Below, in pieces: positions 9,202 to 18,509 of a stretch of 59,606 bases of DNA. The notes under the pieces are model-generated. The model ran no database searches and was not told the origin of the DNA. It saw nothing but the letters and a program-made list of their open reading frames with translations. The stretch is from a bacterium (GTDB taxonomy: Bacteria > JAGOBX01). The stretch is from contig DAINAU010000002.1 of assembly GCA_036733285.1 (NCBI GenBank), positions 1 through 59,606 of the forward strand, given 5' to 3'. Position numbers and translations under genes: made by a program. The number at the start of each line of letters is the position of its first letter. The stretch's first letter is position 1.

Positions 9202-10200
9202 CTAATTATTTTTTTCTTTAGTTTTTTCGATAAAATCTTTTACAAAATCAAAGGATTTCTGAATATCATTTTCACCGGGTTTATGCTTTGCAAATTTTAC
9301 CAGATCCGAATGTTCGAGAAAATCCTTTAATATTTTATTTTCTACATCATTGAAAACATTATTTTTTACCATATCGTTTAAAAATTCTTCCGTAGTCTGT
9401 TCGGGCGCTCTTAATCCGAACCTGTTTTCAAGATATTCGCGCAAAATCATAGACAATCTGAAATAGAATTCTTTTACAAGATTTTGTTCGATAAGTTTTT
9501 CTTCGATAAGTTTTTTTATCCTGCCGTATGCGATTTCGTGAGCGGAAAATTTTATAATTTTAATCTTATCTGCGCCTTTGCGTTTTCTATAATACCAAAT
9601 TCCAACTCCTGCCAAAATTAATGCCAGAGCCGCAATCGCAATATTCCTTATGATTCTTTTGTAATCGAGTTTTAATTCCACCGTATAAGTCGAATCTCTG
9701 AATTGAGGAATTTGACCGGCTGTGTCGACAAGCGAATTTACCGTTATTTCAAGCGATTTTGTTTCTATCGTATAGACGTTGGTATCCGAGTCCGAAGAAA
9801 ATTTTATCTCCATAGGAGCAATCGCGTATTTTCCGGATAAAAACGGATCAAGTATATATTTTTCGGAGATCACAACGGTTTGAGTGTCCGGATATGTTTT
9901 CGGCAAAGTAATCCTGTCGCGAACTATAAATCCGCCGAATAATTTTTCGTTATAATCGGGAAGCTGCGCCGTATATCCGTTTTCGCATTTGACTTTTATA
10001 TAAAAATCAAGGGAATCCGCCAATGTGATTTCGCTTCTGCTTGCTTCGACTGTAACCTCGACCGGACCCTTGTAATTTACGGCGGTTAAAACTTCTTCTC
10101 CTTCTTTTGTTTTGTTCGCCTTTTTTTTACCGGTTCCGCAAGAAATTATAAACGCAACCGCGAAGAATATTATAGTTGTAAAAAATATTTTTTTCAGCAT
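9202..10200 (-). CDS. Conserved Bat-cluster membrane protein (probable lipoprotein; Ig-like domain, TM helix, cytoplasmic helical domain)
   Basis: Lipobox-like IISC, one internal TM, and C-terminal FYFRLSMILREYLENRFG...EQTTEEF...DLVKFAKH, typical of the gene upstream of batA. Confidence 0.75.
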   Translation of the reverse strand: MLKKIFFTTIIFFAVAFIISCGTGKKKANKTKEGEEVLTAVNYKGPVEVTVEASRSEITLADSLDFYIKVKCENGYTAQLPDYNEKLFGGFIVRDRITLPKTYPDTQTVVISEKYILDPFLSGKYAIAPMEIKFSSDSDTNVYTIETKSLEITVNSLVDTAGQIPQFRDSTYTVELKLDYKRIIRNIAIAALALILAGVGIWYYRKRKGADKIKIIKFSAHEIAYGRIKKLIEEKLIEQNLVKEFYFRLSMILREYLENRFGLRAPEQTTEEFLNDMVKNNVFNDVENKILKDFLEHSDLVKFAKHKPGENDIQKSFDFVKDFIEKTKEKNN

Positions 10201-10237
10201 ACTTCCCGACTTCTTTTCAGTTTATTAAATAATTGTT

Positions 10238-11611
10238 TTACTTATAATTCGAATGAATTACGACCTTATACTTAGTTTTAAGTTTTTCAAAATATTCTGA
10301 AAACAATTCCCGCTCTTTATTCTGTCGTTTCTCGGTTTGAACCCTGTCTCTCGCTTCGTCGTATTTCGGCATACGTTCCGGTTCTTTTTCAATAATCTTA
10401 AACAAATAAAAAACGCCGTTTGCTTCGATAAAATTCGCGGGTTTTTCATTTGGTTTTTGGGAAAAAATCGAGTTCTGAATATTTATGTTCGAACCGATTC
10501 CCGGAATATCTTTGTTTTTTTCTATCCAGTAATCGAGTTTGCCGCCGTTTTTTGCCGAATCGTCGATTGAAAATTGTTTTGCGGTTTCGCTGAAATCGGC
10601 GCCTGATTTTATTTTTTTCAAAGCGTTTTCAACCGCTGATTTATCCGCGCATTTTATCATTAAAACTTTTACGCGTTCGTTCTGCTTAAAATCGTTTTTA
10701 TGCGCTTCAAAATAATCTTTATAATCCGCTTCGGATAATTTAATGCTGTTTTTTTCCTCTGAAACAACCTGTCTGCTTAAATAATTTTTTCTGAATTCTT
10801 CCAAAACTTTTTCAAAATCCGGCGAATTATTCAGTCCGCGTTCTATCGCTTCAAGATACAAGGTTTCATTTTGAACCCATTCGTTAAGAATCTGCGTTTT
10901 CTGCCGAGCGTCTATCCTCTGAAGATATTGTTCTTTTCTCTTTGACAATTCTTCCGGACTCAAGGTTTCGCCGGTATATTGCGACATTTGTTTTATCTGG
11001 ATTTCAATCATATTTTCAATTTTTTTATTTAACTCGTTTTTAGTTATTTTCATTGAGCCGATTTCCGCCAATACTTCAGAATTATCGTTTTCCGCTTCGG
11101 ATTTATTTAACGACGAACGCGCGGATAATTCCGCGGTTAATCCGGAAGCGTTTCCTGATTTTCTGAAACATTCGATAATATTTTTATTAATGTCGTTTTT
11201 AATTTCGCCGACCTCTTCCGTAGATTCTGAAAATATAAAATTTTTTATGGCGTTATCATAATCTCCGGTTTTCATCAGAAGATTTCCTATTCTAAAATAG
11301 ACGCGAGCTTTTTCGGTTTTATCCAAATGTTTATTGGCCGTCAGATAATTTTTCCAGATTTCAGCGGCAGTCTTATGAAGATTTCTGTTTTCAAATTTTA
11401 TTGCGGTATCCTTATCTGAAAAATTCGCGGTTTCGTCCAAATCCGAATTATTAAAATTTATCAACGCCGCAATCTGAATAATTATAATCGCGGTAAGCAA
11501 AATTAAAACTATAGCGTTAAAATTTAATAAAGGTTTTTTCGGTTTGTCTCCCGGCAATGAAAAATCGAGTTTGGAATCGCTAATCTTATCGCTTTTGTTT
11601 TCTTCAATCAT
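10238..11611 (-). CDS. Membrane-anchored TPR + parvulin (PpiC-type) peptidyl-prolyl isomerase
   Basis: N-terminal TM, TPR (ARVYFRIGNLLMKTGDYDNAIKNF), SurA/PrsA-like helical region, rotamase motif GADFSETAKQFSIDD.SAKNGGKL. Confidence 0.85.
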   Translation of the reverse strand: MIEENKSDKISDSKLDFSLPGDKPKKPLLNFNAIVLILLTAIIIIQIAALINFNNSDLDETANFSDKDTAIKFENRNLHKTAAEIWKNYLTANKHLDKTEKARVYFRIGNLLMKTGDYDNAIKNFIFSESTEEVGEIKNDINKNIIECFRKSGNASGLTAELSARSSLNKSEAENDNSEVLAEIGSMKITKNELNKKIENMIEIQIKQMSQYTGETLSPEELSKRKEQYLQRIDARQKTQILNEWVQNETLYLEAIERGLNNSPDFEKVLEEFRKNYLSRQVVSEEKNSIKLSEADYKDYFEAHKNDFKQNERVKVLMIKCADKSAVENALKKIKSGADFSETAKQFSIDDSAKNGGKLDYWIEKNKDIPGIGSNINIQNSIFSQKPNEKPANFIEANGVFYLFKIIEKEPERMPKYDEARDRVQTEKRQNKERELFSEYFEKLKTKYKVVIHSNYK

Positions 11612-12486
11612 AACCTTTTTCCTCTCGCCCTGAAAAAATTTAATAAACTATTTATATACGGTTTATCCGTTTGAATTTCCACCAAATCAATTTTTAGAGA
11701 TTTAAAAAGTTTCGATATTTTTTCGGTTTCGCCAGAGTTCATATCTTTGTAATTCTCTCTTAAACTTGAAAATCCCGAATCGATAAAAACAATTTCTCCG
11801 GTCTCCGCGTCTTCAAGCTGAATAAAACCGACGTCCGGAATTTCTATTTCTCGCGGATCCACGATTTTGATTGCGATTAAATCGTGTCTTTTATTCGTCA
11901 GCGCAAGCTCTTTTTCAAACAAATTTTCGCATAAAAAATCAGACACAAGAAACGCCACGGATTTTCTTTTTAAAATCATATTCAAATATTCGAGAGCGAT
12001 TTTTAAATTAGTCTCGTCGCGTTCGGGTTTATAAAACAACAATTCTCTAATTATGCGCAAAGCGTGGGTTTTACCTTTTTGCGGAGGAATAAACTTTTCT
12101 ATCCTGTCGCTGAAAAGTATTAGCCCTATCTTGTCTTTATTGTTAATCGCGGAAAACGCAAGAGCAGAACAAAGTTCCGCCGTTATCTCGCGTTTTAATT
12201 TATCTATCGAACCGAATTTTCCTGAAGAACTCACGTCCACCATCAGCATAACGGTCAATTCGCGCTCTTCAATATAATATTTTACAAACGGAAATCCGGT
12301 TCTCGCCGTAACGTTCCAGTCTATGGACCTGATTTCGTCGCCGACCTGATATTCGCGGACTCCTGAGAATTCTATTCCTCTGCCTTTGAATGCGGAATGA
12401 TATTCTCCGGCAAAAATATCGTTGACAAGACGGTTTGACTTAATCTGTATTTGTCTTACTTGTTTTAATATTTCTTTTGGTATCAC
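11608..12486 (-). CDS. DUF58 domain protein (MoxR partner)
   Basis: GEYHSAFKGRGIEFSGVREYQVGDEIRSIDWNVTAR, EERELTV, DVSSSG. I moved the start to GTG at 12486 because AAGGGGA SD-like sequence lies upstream. Confidence 0.93.
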   Translation of the reverse strand: MIPKEILKQVRQIQIKSNRLVNDIFAGEYHSAFKGRGIEFSGVREYQVGDEIRSIDWNVTARTGFPFVKYYIEERELTVMLMVDVSSSGKFGSIDKLKREITAELCSALAFSAINNKDKIGLILFSDRIEKFIPPQKGKTHALRIIRELLFYKPERDETNLKIALEYLNMILKRKSVAFLVSDFLCENLFEKELALTNKRHDLIAIKIVDPREIEIPDVGFIQLEDAETGEIVFIDSGFSSLRENYKDMNSGETEKISKLFKSLKIDLVEIQTDKPYINSLLNFFRARGKRL

Positions 12487-12542
12487 GGTTTCCCCTTGAT
12501 AATATATTGAACGTTTTACGATTTTCCGGCGCAAAGTCCGGA

Positions 12543-13442
12543 TTAAAACTTTCCGGAAATTGAAAATCCTCCAAACATCGAATCAGATATTTCGTTTCTG
12601 AAATATCTCGAGTCTTCGTCTTCGCAAAAATATTTTGAAGAAAACAGATAACCCGCGCATACGCCGTAATCTATGTTATTAATTTTTTTCGACAACTTCA
12701 ATCCCAAAGATTTTTTTTCAATAGAAAGCCATTCGTCTGTTTCGGTTCTGCCTGAAATAAAATATTCTTCGCCGGTCATTTTTACGAACGCGGAAACCGT
12801 CATATCTTCCTGAAGTTTATAATTCATAGAAAAACTCAAACCGTTCATTCCTTCGGCTCCCAAATTCGCAAACAGTTTATCGGAAATATTATATTGACAA
12901 AATAAAGGAAACATCAATAAAAATTTTTCTCCAATATACTGATACGCGATAACGGGAAAAATCCTGTATTTTCCTCTGGAAATATAGTTTATTCCGATTT
13001 TCCACGATTTTTTTTCATTTATGTTATAATCGTAAATAACGCCGGTATTCCATAATATTTCTCTGTTTGAATTGAATATTTTATCAGAAAGAGAACTTAT
13101 TCCGGTCGTAAATGTAAAGTCGCTTATATTCATATTCGCAGACGCGCCCGCCGAATTAAGCCGTTTTACCTGATAAACCCCCGGCAAATTCAATCTTTCG
13201 CCAAACCATTTTCCTGAAAACTCAACGCCTCCCGAAAAATTTGCCGACTTGAATTTACCCAATTCAAATCCGTTCGATAAAGAAAAATTTTTCTCTTTAT
13301 AATTATCGGCGGAAAAATATTCCGAATTCAAAACAAATCCCGCTTCCTGATTAAACGCGGAAAAAGAACGCGCATCGTAAGAAAGCGATAATAACAAAAA
13401 CAAAACGGCTGCTATTCCAACGGCGTTTTTCAAAATAATCAC
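12543..13442 (-). CDS. Putative outer-membrane beta-barrel protein
   Basis: Signal peptide, alternating beta-strand pattern and terminal ...FSISGKF. The true start may be TTG at 13433, after GAGGTG. Confidence 0.65.
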   Translation of the reverse strand: MIILKNAVGIAAVLFLLLSLSYDARSFSAFNQEAGFVLNSEYFSADNYKEKNFSLSNGFELGKFKSANFSGGVEFSGKWFGERLNLPGVYQVKRLNSAGASANMNISDFTFTTGISSLSDKIFNSNREILWNTGVIYDYNINEKKSWKIGINYISRGKYRIFPVIAYQYIGEKFLLMFPLFCQYNISDKLFANLGAEGMNGLSFSMNYKLQEDMTVSAFVKMTGEEYFISGRTETDEWLSIEKKSLGLKLSKKINNIDYGVCAGYLFSSKYFCEDEDSRYFRNEISDSMFGGFSISGKF

Positions 13443-13477
13443 CTCGTTAGATTCAACGGCATAATTTAATCTACATA

Positions 13478-13551
13478 TTATAATAAGCCGTCGCGTTTAA
13501 ATATAACGTCAATAAACAAATTTTTTTGTCATCTTTTCAAAGACGTTATAT
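13478..13551. repeat. Dispersed intergenic element, copy 1 (36-bp core plus ATATAACGTC...GACGTTATAT inverted repeat)
   Basis: 13478-13513 matches the reverse complement of 46012-46047 at 34/36 positions. 13501-13510 and 13542-13551 form a perfect 10-bp IR. Confidence 0.85.
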
Positions 13552-13560
13552 ATAGTAAAT

Positions 13561-13611
13561 TTTGTATTATCAAAAATATTTTTTTTCGCAAAATTTTTTT
13601 GATAATACAAA
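13561..13611. repeat. Long AT-rich hairpin (16-bp perfect outer arms) just downstream of moxR
   Basis: tttgtattatcaaaaa (13561-13576) pairs with tttttgataatacaaa (13596-13611). It shares the TTATCAAAAATATT core with the 121-165 hairpin. Confidence 0.85.
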
Positions 13612-13633
13612 TAGCTTTTTCGGCTTACCCGGC

Positions 13634-14620
13634 TTATGGAACTTTAATATTATCAAAAATTATTTTCAAAATATCTTCCGATGTTTTTTCTTCGGCTTCG
13701 GCTTCGTAAGACGGTATTACTCTATGTCTTAAAACGTCGTATCCGATTGATTTAATATCAAGCGGAGTAACATAACCGCGACCGTTAATAAACGCAAAAG
13801 CTTTTGCGGCAATCGTAAGATTTATGGTCGCCCGCGGCGAAGCTCCGTATTGAATAAGAGGTTTGATATCCTCTAATCCGTATTTTTCAGGTTCGCGCGT
13901 GGCAAAAATAATATCAAGAATATAGTCTTTTATCTTATCGTCGATATAAATTTCATTCACTAATTCCCTTACCCTCATAATATCTTTTGGAGAAATTATT
14001 TTTTTCAATTTTTTCGAGTATGAGGTTAACGCCATTCTGTCGAGTATCTGTTTTTCTTCTTCTTTTCCCGGATATACGACTTTTAGTTTGAACATAAATC
14101 TGTCGACTTGAGCTTCGGGCAGCGGATATGTTCCTTCCTGTTCAATAGGATTTTGAGTCGCAAGAACCAAAAACGGCTCTTCTATCTTAAATGTTTGAGC
14201 GCCTATGCTGACTTGTTTTTCCTGCATACATTCAAGCAAAGCCGACTGGACTTTCGCAGGCGCCCTGTTTATTTCGTCAGCAAGAATTATATTCGTGAAT
14301 ATAGGTCCTTTTTTAATTGTGAATTCGCCCGAACGCGGATTGAACACTTCCGTTCCTATCAAATCGGCAGGCAATAAATCAGGGGTGAACTGAATCCGCT
14401 TGAACCCCGCGTCAGTAACGTCCGCAAAACAACTGACGGTTAATGTTTTCGCAAGACCAGGCACTCCTTCAAGCAGAACATGACCGTTTGCAAGAAAACC
14501 TATAAACAATCGTTCAAGCATATATTTTTGACCGACTATCACTTTTCCTATTTCCTGAAAAATCTCCTGAACGAACTCGCTTTCCTTTTTTATCTTCTCG
14601 GATATTTCTTTGATTTCCAA
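13634..14620 (-). CDS. moxR: MoxR family AAA+ ATPase
   Basis: GHVLLEGVPGLAKT, RIQFTPDLLPADLIGT, LADEINRAPAKVQSALLE, ATQNPIEQEGTYPLPEAQVDRF, GASPRA. TTG start with GAGGTG SD. Confidence 0.97.
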   Translation of the reverse strand: MEIKEISEKIKKESEFVQEIFQEIGKVIVGQKYMLERLFIGFLANGHVLLEGVPGLAKTLTVSCFADVTDAGFKRIQFTPDLLPADLIGTEVFNPRSGEFTIKKGPIFTNIILADEINRAPAKVQSALLECMQEKQVSIGAQTFKIEEPFLVLATQNPIEQEGTYPLPEAQVDRFMFKLKVVYPGKEEEKQILDRMALTSYSKKLKKIISPKDIMRVRELVNEIYIDDKIKDYILDIIFATREPEKYGLEDIKPLIQYGASPRATINLTIAAKAFAFINGRGYVTPLDIKSIGYDVLRHRVIPSYEAEAEEKTSEDILKIIFDNIKVP

Positions 14621-14878
14621 TTTTTATCACCTCGTTTTGAACATTCAAACTTCTATAAACTATATTTTTTTTAAAAAAATGCAAACAATTAAAATCATAA
14701 GCAATTTATATTCTATTTTATATTATTATTTTTTAATTGTTTTTTTTTCAATTTGTTTTATTATTAATTGCTTTAATTTTATAATGTTTTTAAGGATATT
14801 AGATACGCCATTTTGACTTTTGTTCAAAATATTTTTTATCTAATATAATTTTTTGTCATAGTCGAGAGGAAAATTTAT

Positions 14879-15970
14879 ATGACCGGCAATCTTTTAGAAA
14901 AACAGACGGAACTCGATAGATTTCCGAAAAGCGGACATATCGCTTTTTTTTATAAAACGAATATTGATTATTCCGAATGGATGAATCTTTTTATATTGGA
15001 TTGTTTGTATAAAAATGAAAAAATCATTCTTATTACAGAGAGCCAAAAAATTTTAGAATATGACTCTCAAAACAAACAATTACTAAATGATAAATTAGTC
15101 TGCGGACATATCGTTGTTTTAAAACCCGATTCCTTTATTCAATATGGAAAATTAGATGCGGCAAATTTACGGAATAAATTACTCGAATACGAAACTGAAA
15201 CTTTAAATACAAATTATTCCGGTTTAAAAATAATCTACGATATTTCTTTGATTGTTTCCAATAATGATTTTAGCGTAGAATTTTTGAAATACAAGAATGA
15301 ATTCGGAAAAAATTTCAAAGATGATTTTACGTTGTTATTATGCTCATACGATTGTTCAAAATTGAATTTTGATATTTTTACCAAAATTTATTTTTCACAT
15401 AAATATTCTTTCATTAACGGTATTCTGTGCGAAAATTTTTTATTCATCAATCCGGAAGAAACGCTTAATGAAACCAGTCTCGATATTTTATATAAAAACA
15501 TTTGCGGTTATGAAGTATTGAAAAGAAAAACTTCAGCATACGATTCAGACGTAATAAAAAAAATCGAGGATAAATATCAGGAAAAAATGTTGTTGCAATT
15601 CAACAAAATTAAAAGCAGACATATAGATTCGGCTTTGAAAAACATCGAACTGACCGCGCTTCCTTTGCTGGAAAGACTTCTCGAAAATATGGAAAACAAC
15701 AATAATAAAAAAATTCTTGATATGATTATTAAAAATCTTACTAATATCAGCGACCCGTTCGGGGTTAAACTTGACAGATTGAAACCTTATTTAACCAATA
15801 CAGAAATTGAAATTTGCTGTATGATAAAACAAAAATTGCGTTCTAAAGATATAGGGAAATTATTGAAAATTTCTCATACTACTGTCGAGAGACATAGAAA
15901 CAACATAAGAAAAAAATTAAATCTTGATAAATCGGGGATTTCATTGATAAATTTTCTTAGCCGGAAATGA
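14879..15970 (+). CDS. MEDS-domain + LuxR-type HTH transcriptional regulator
   Basis: N-terminal MEDS-like pattern (GHIAFFY, YSGLKII, LLCSYD, SH..F.NG...EN.LFINPEE). C-terminal LTNTEIEICCMIKQKLRSKDIGKLLKISHTTVERHRNNIRKKL. Confidence 0.8.
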   Translation: MTGNLLEKQTELDRFPKSGHIAFFYKTNIDYSEWMNLFILDCLYKNEKIILITESQKILEYDSQNKQLLNDKLVCGHIVVLKPDSFIQYGKLDAANLRNKLLEYETETLNTNYSGLKIIYDISLIVSNNDFSVEFLKYKNEFGKNFKDDFTLLLCSYDCSKLNFDIFTKIYFSHKYSFINGILCENFLFINPEETLNETSLDILYKNICGYEVLKRKTSAYDSDVIKKIEDKYQEKMLLQFNKIKSRHIDSALKNIELTALPLLERLLENMENNNNKKILDMIIKNLTNISDPFGVKLDRLKPYLTNTEIEICCMIKQKLRSKDIGKLLKISHTTVERHRNNIRKKLNLDKSGISLINFLSRK

Positions 15971-15971
15971 A

Positions 15972-16694
15972 ATGAAAATATCGAATCTTATTTTTTTAGC
16001 GGTTTTAACGGCGTTTCTTTTTTTCACCTCGTTTTTAAAACCCAATTTATACGCGGATTCTTTCAATCAGTCGCTATGGAAAAAATATCTTGATTTCATT
16101 TCAGTTTCGCCGGAAAATATCGAATACGAAGAATGGTTGCATAATAACGCTTCAATCTCTGAAATTCCAAACGGATTGAATCTTAATTCCGATAAAAAAA
16201 AATTTTCGATTTTAGAAACACCTGAACATACCGGAGTCGCAGCCGATTCAAAAACCGATTCTTTCTCAAAATCTTTTCCTGCCTCCGATTTCGTTTCTAA
16301 AAGCGATACAGTATTATTAAACGCCGATTTCGTTTCTAAAAGCGATACAGTATTATTAAACGCCGATTTCGCTTCAGATTTTGATACCGCATCATTAAAC
16401 GCCGATTTCGCTTCAGATTTTGATACCGCATCATTAAACGCCGATTTCGCTTCAGATTTTGATACCGCATCATTAAACGCAGATTTCGTTTCAGATTTAA
16501 ATTTTAATCTTAATGCCGAAGAATCCGCGAATAATCAAACTCCAAAACTTCAAAATCTAAACGAAGGCAACGCGTATCCCACGAAAAAAGCAATACTGAA
16601 TAAAATTGACGAACACGATAATTTTATCAGAAAAAAAAAAGCGAAATACATAAGGATTCCAGCCGCTTTACTCTGCATTATTTCATTGCTTTGA
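15972..16694 (+). CDS. Hypothetical exported protein with 13-aa tandem repeats
   Basis: Signal-peptide-like N-terminus, acidic repeats DFVSKSDTVLLNA x2 and DFASDFDTASLNA x3, and a basic then hydrophobic C-terminus. Confidence 0.6.
   Translation: MKISNLIFLAVLTAFLFFTSFLKPNLYADSFNQSLWKKYLDFISVSPENIEYEEWLHNNASISEIPNGLNLNSDKKKFSILETPEHTGVAADSKTDSFSKSFPASDFVSKSDTVLLNADFVSKSDTVLLNADFASDFDTASLNADFASDFDTASLNADFASDFDTASLNADFVSDLNFNLNAEESANNQTPKLQNLNEGNAYPTKKAILNKIDEHDNFIRKKKAKYIRIPAALLCIISLL
16285..16498 (+). repeat. In-frame 39-bp tandem repeat, about 5.5 copies in two variants
   Basis: Units start at 16285, 16324 (type A), 16363, 16402, 16441 (type B), with a partial unit at 16480. Confidence 0.95.
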
Positions 16695-16704
16695 CTTTAC
16701 ATAA

Positions 16705-18336
16705 ATGAAAAAAATTTTACCGGTTTGCCTTTTATTCTTTGCAGTTTTAGTTTCATATTATTCGCTTGCTCTTAACAACTCTCCCGGTTTATACGGAGAC
16801 GACGCTGGTTATGTTATATGGGCTAAATCGATGCTGAACGGAGGCGGGCTTGATTATACTAACGAACCCGAACCTCGAAAAAGCGGCTTTGTGTTATACG
16901 TTCTGCCGGCTCTTATTGCTCCTTTAGTTTATTTAACAAAAAAAATCGCAGTTTATAAGATTGTTCCTCTAATATTTTCAGTCTTTGCAATATTTCTATT
17001 TTTAATGTATCTGAAATCCAAATTTGTATCGTATAAATTAATTACGGTTTCGCTATTGCTTTTAATTTTTAACCCTTTGTTTTTTGAATATTCGCATCAG
17101 ATTATGGCTGAAAATATTTTTATTTTTTTAAGTTTGGCAACGGTAATTCTGGCTGAACGATATGAAAAATCCTTAAAAATATTCGATTTCAATTTCATTT
17201 TTCTAATCATACTTTCTGTTTTATCATACTTCACAAGAGCCGCGGGAATTACTCTTATCGCTTCAGTTATCGTATATTTTTTTATAAAATCACCCAAAAA
17301 AACAGCGGCAATTTTATGCGCGTATTTAATTTTTTTCGGGATTTTCGGATTAGTCCGGAATTACGGAAAACCCGTTGAAAAAGAAAAATATTCAAGCATC
17401 ATTTTAATGAAAAGTCAATATGAACCCGAAGCCGGAATAAGAAATATTGCCGACGTTTTTAAAGACGCCTCAAGAAAATCTTTGGTTTATACTATGCGGC
17501 TGCTTCCTGATATGTTTATTTATCCATTTTTTAAAAACGTCAAGCCTTCGATTCGTTCTTTAAATTTTATATTGCAGGCTGCGAGCGGATTGTTCATATT
17601 CATATTGATATGCGCAGGATTATTTTTCAGATTGGCATCTTATCAAAAATATTCTTGTTTTTTCTTCAAAAATATTGTTGGTAAGATTTCTAACTTTTCC
17701 GATTTATCAGGCTTAATATTCAATTTTAAAAAAAATAAAACTTTTTTTAAAAACATGGAATTTCCTGCCGTTTATATAATTTTAACCGTTTTAATGCTTT
17801 TAATCTGGCAGATTTACAGTTCAAGATATTTATTGCCTCTGCTTCCTTTCATAATTTACTATTTCGTCAGCGGCGCAATAAAAATTTTAAATCGCAAAAC
17901 ATTCATTTTATGTATAATCCTTCTTCTCGCCTTTAACATTATCGGTCAATTTAAAATTATATATCTTGAAAGAACCGGTTATCTTCCGGACGAATGGAAA
18001 TTTTATTATTCTACAATGGACTATATAGATTTTAACTCTCAAAAACAGATAAATGTTATATGCCGCAAACCTTTGTCATATCACATCGTGTCTGATTATA
18101 AACTTAAAACTATCGGCTATCCCTTAAGTTCAAATCCCGAAGAAATCCATAATTTCGTAGCAACAAACAAAATTAATTATATCATCCGCGATAATTTCGC
18201 CATCAGCGGAGTAAATACCGCTTCAAAATATCTCGATCCTTATTTGAATAAATATTTAAACGAACTCGAATTAATATATGTTTCAAGCGACGGTATAACA
18301 AAATTATATAAAGTTTTGACCCAAAAACTTCGTTAG
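16705..18336 (+). CDS. GT-C fold membrane glycosyltransferase (ArnT/PMT/GT39-like)
   Basis: Acidic first loop GDDAGYVIWAKSM, about 11 TM segments, SHQIMAENIF, RYLLPLLPF, C-terminal soluble domain. Confidence 0.8.
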   Translation: MKKILPVCLLFFAVLVSYYSLALNNSPGLYGDDAGYVIWAKSMLNGGGLDYTNEPEPRKSGFVLYVLPALIAPLVYLTKKIAVYKIVPLIFSVFAIFLFLMYLKSKFVSYKLITVSLLLLIFNPLFFEYSHQIMAENIFIFLSLATVILAERYEKSLKIFDFNFIFLIILSVLSYFTRAAGITLIASVIVYFFIKSPKKTAAILCAYLIFFGIFGLVRNYGKPVEKEKYSSIILMKSQYEPEAGIRNIADVFKDASRKSLVYTMRLLPDMFIYPFFKNVKPSIRSLNFILQAASGLFIFILICAGLFFRLASYQKYSCFFFKNIVGKISNFSDLSGLIFNFKKNKTFFKNMEFPAVYIILTVLMLLIWQIYSSRYLLPLLPFIIYYFVSGAIKILNRKTFILCIILLLAFNIIGQFKIIYLERTGYLPDEWKFYYSTMDYIDFNSQKQINVICRKPLSYHIVSDYKLKTIGYPLSSNPEEIHNFVATNKINYIIRDNFAISGVNTASKYLDPYLNKYLNELELIYVSSDGITKLYKVLTQKLR

Positions 18337-18343
18337 ATCATTT

Positions 18344-18388
18344 AAAAATTGTCCAAATGCGGTAAAACGCTTGATAGCGACAATTTTT
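18344..18388. repeat. Intergenic hairpin (AAAAATTGTC/GACAATTTTT) enclosing the 19-bp motif AAATGCGGTAAAACGCTTG
   Basis: 10-bp IR at 18344-18353 and 18379-18388. The internal 18355-18373 is identical to the reverse complement of 30760-30778. Confidence 0.8.
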
Positions 18389-18509
18389 CAATTGTAAAAA
18401 AATCTATTCAATTATTGGGTTAAACAAAAAATAGTATTATTATCAATTGATAATTTATAAAAATTATATATTATTGGTGTTGCAAAATTTTTTAAAAGCT
18501 GGAGTAACT

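Noticed and set aside
16631-16640. A10 tract as a slippage switch joining the repeat protein to the glycosyltransferase
   Set aside because: An in-frame TAA lies immediately before the glycosyltransferase ATG (16702-16704), so no frameshift there can fuse them.
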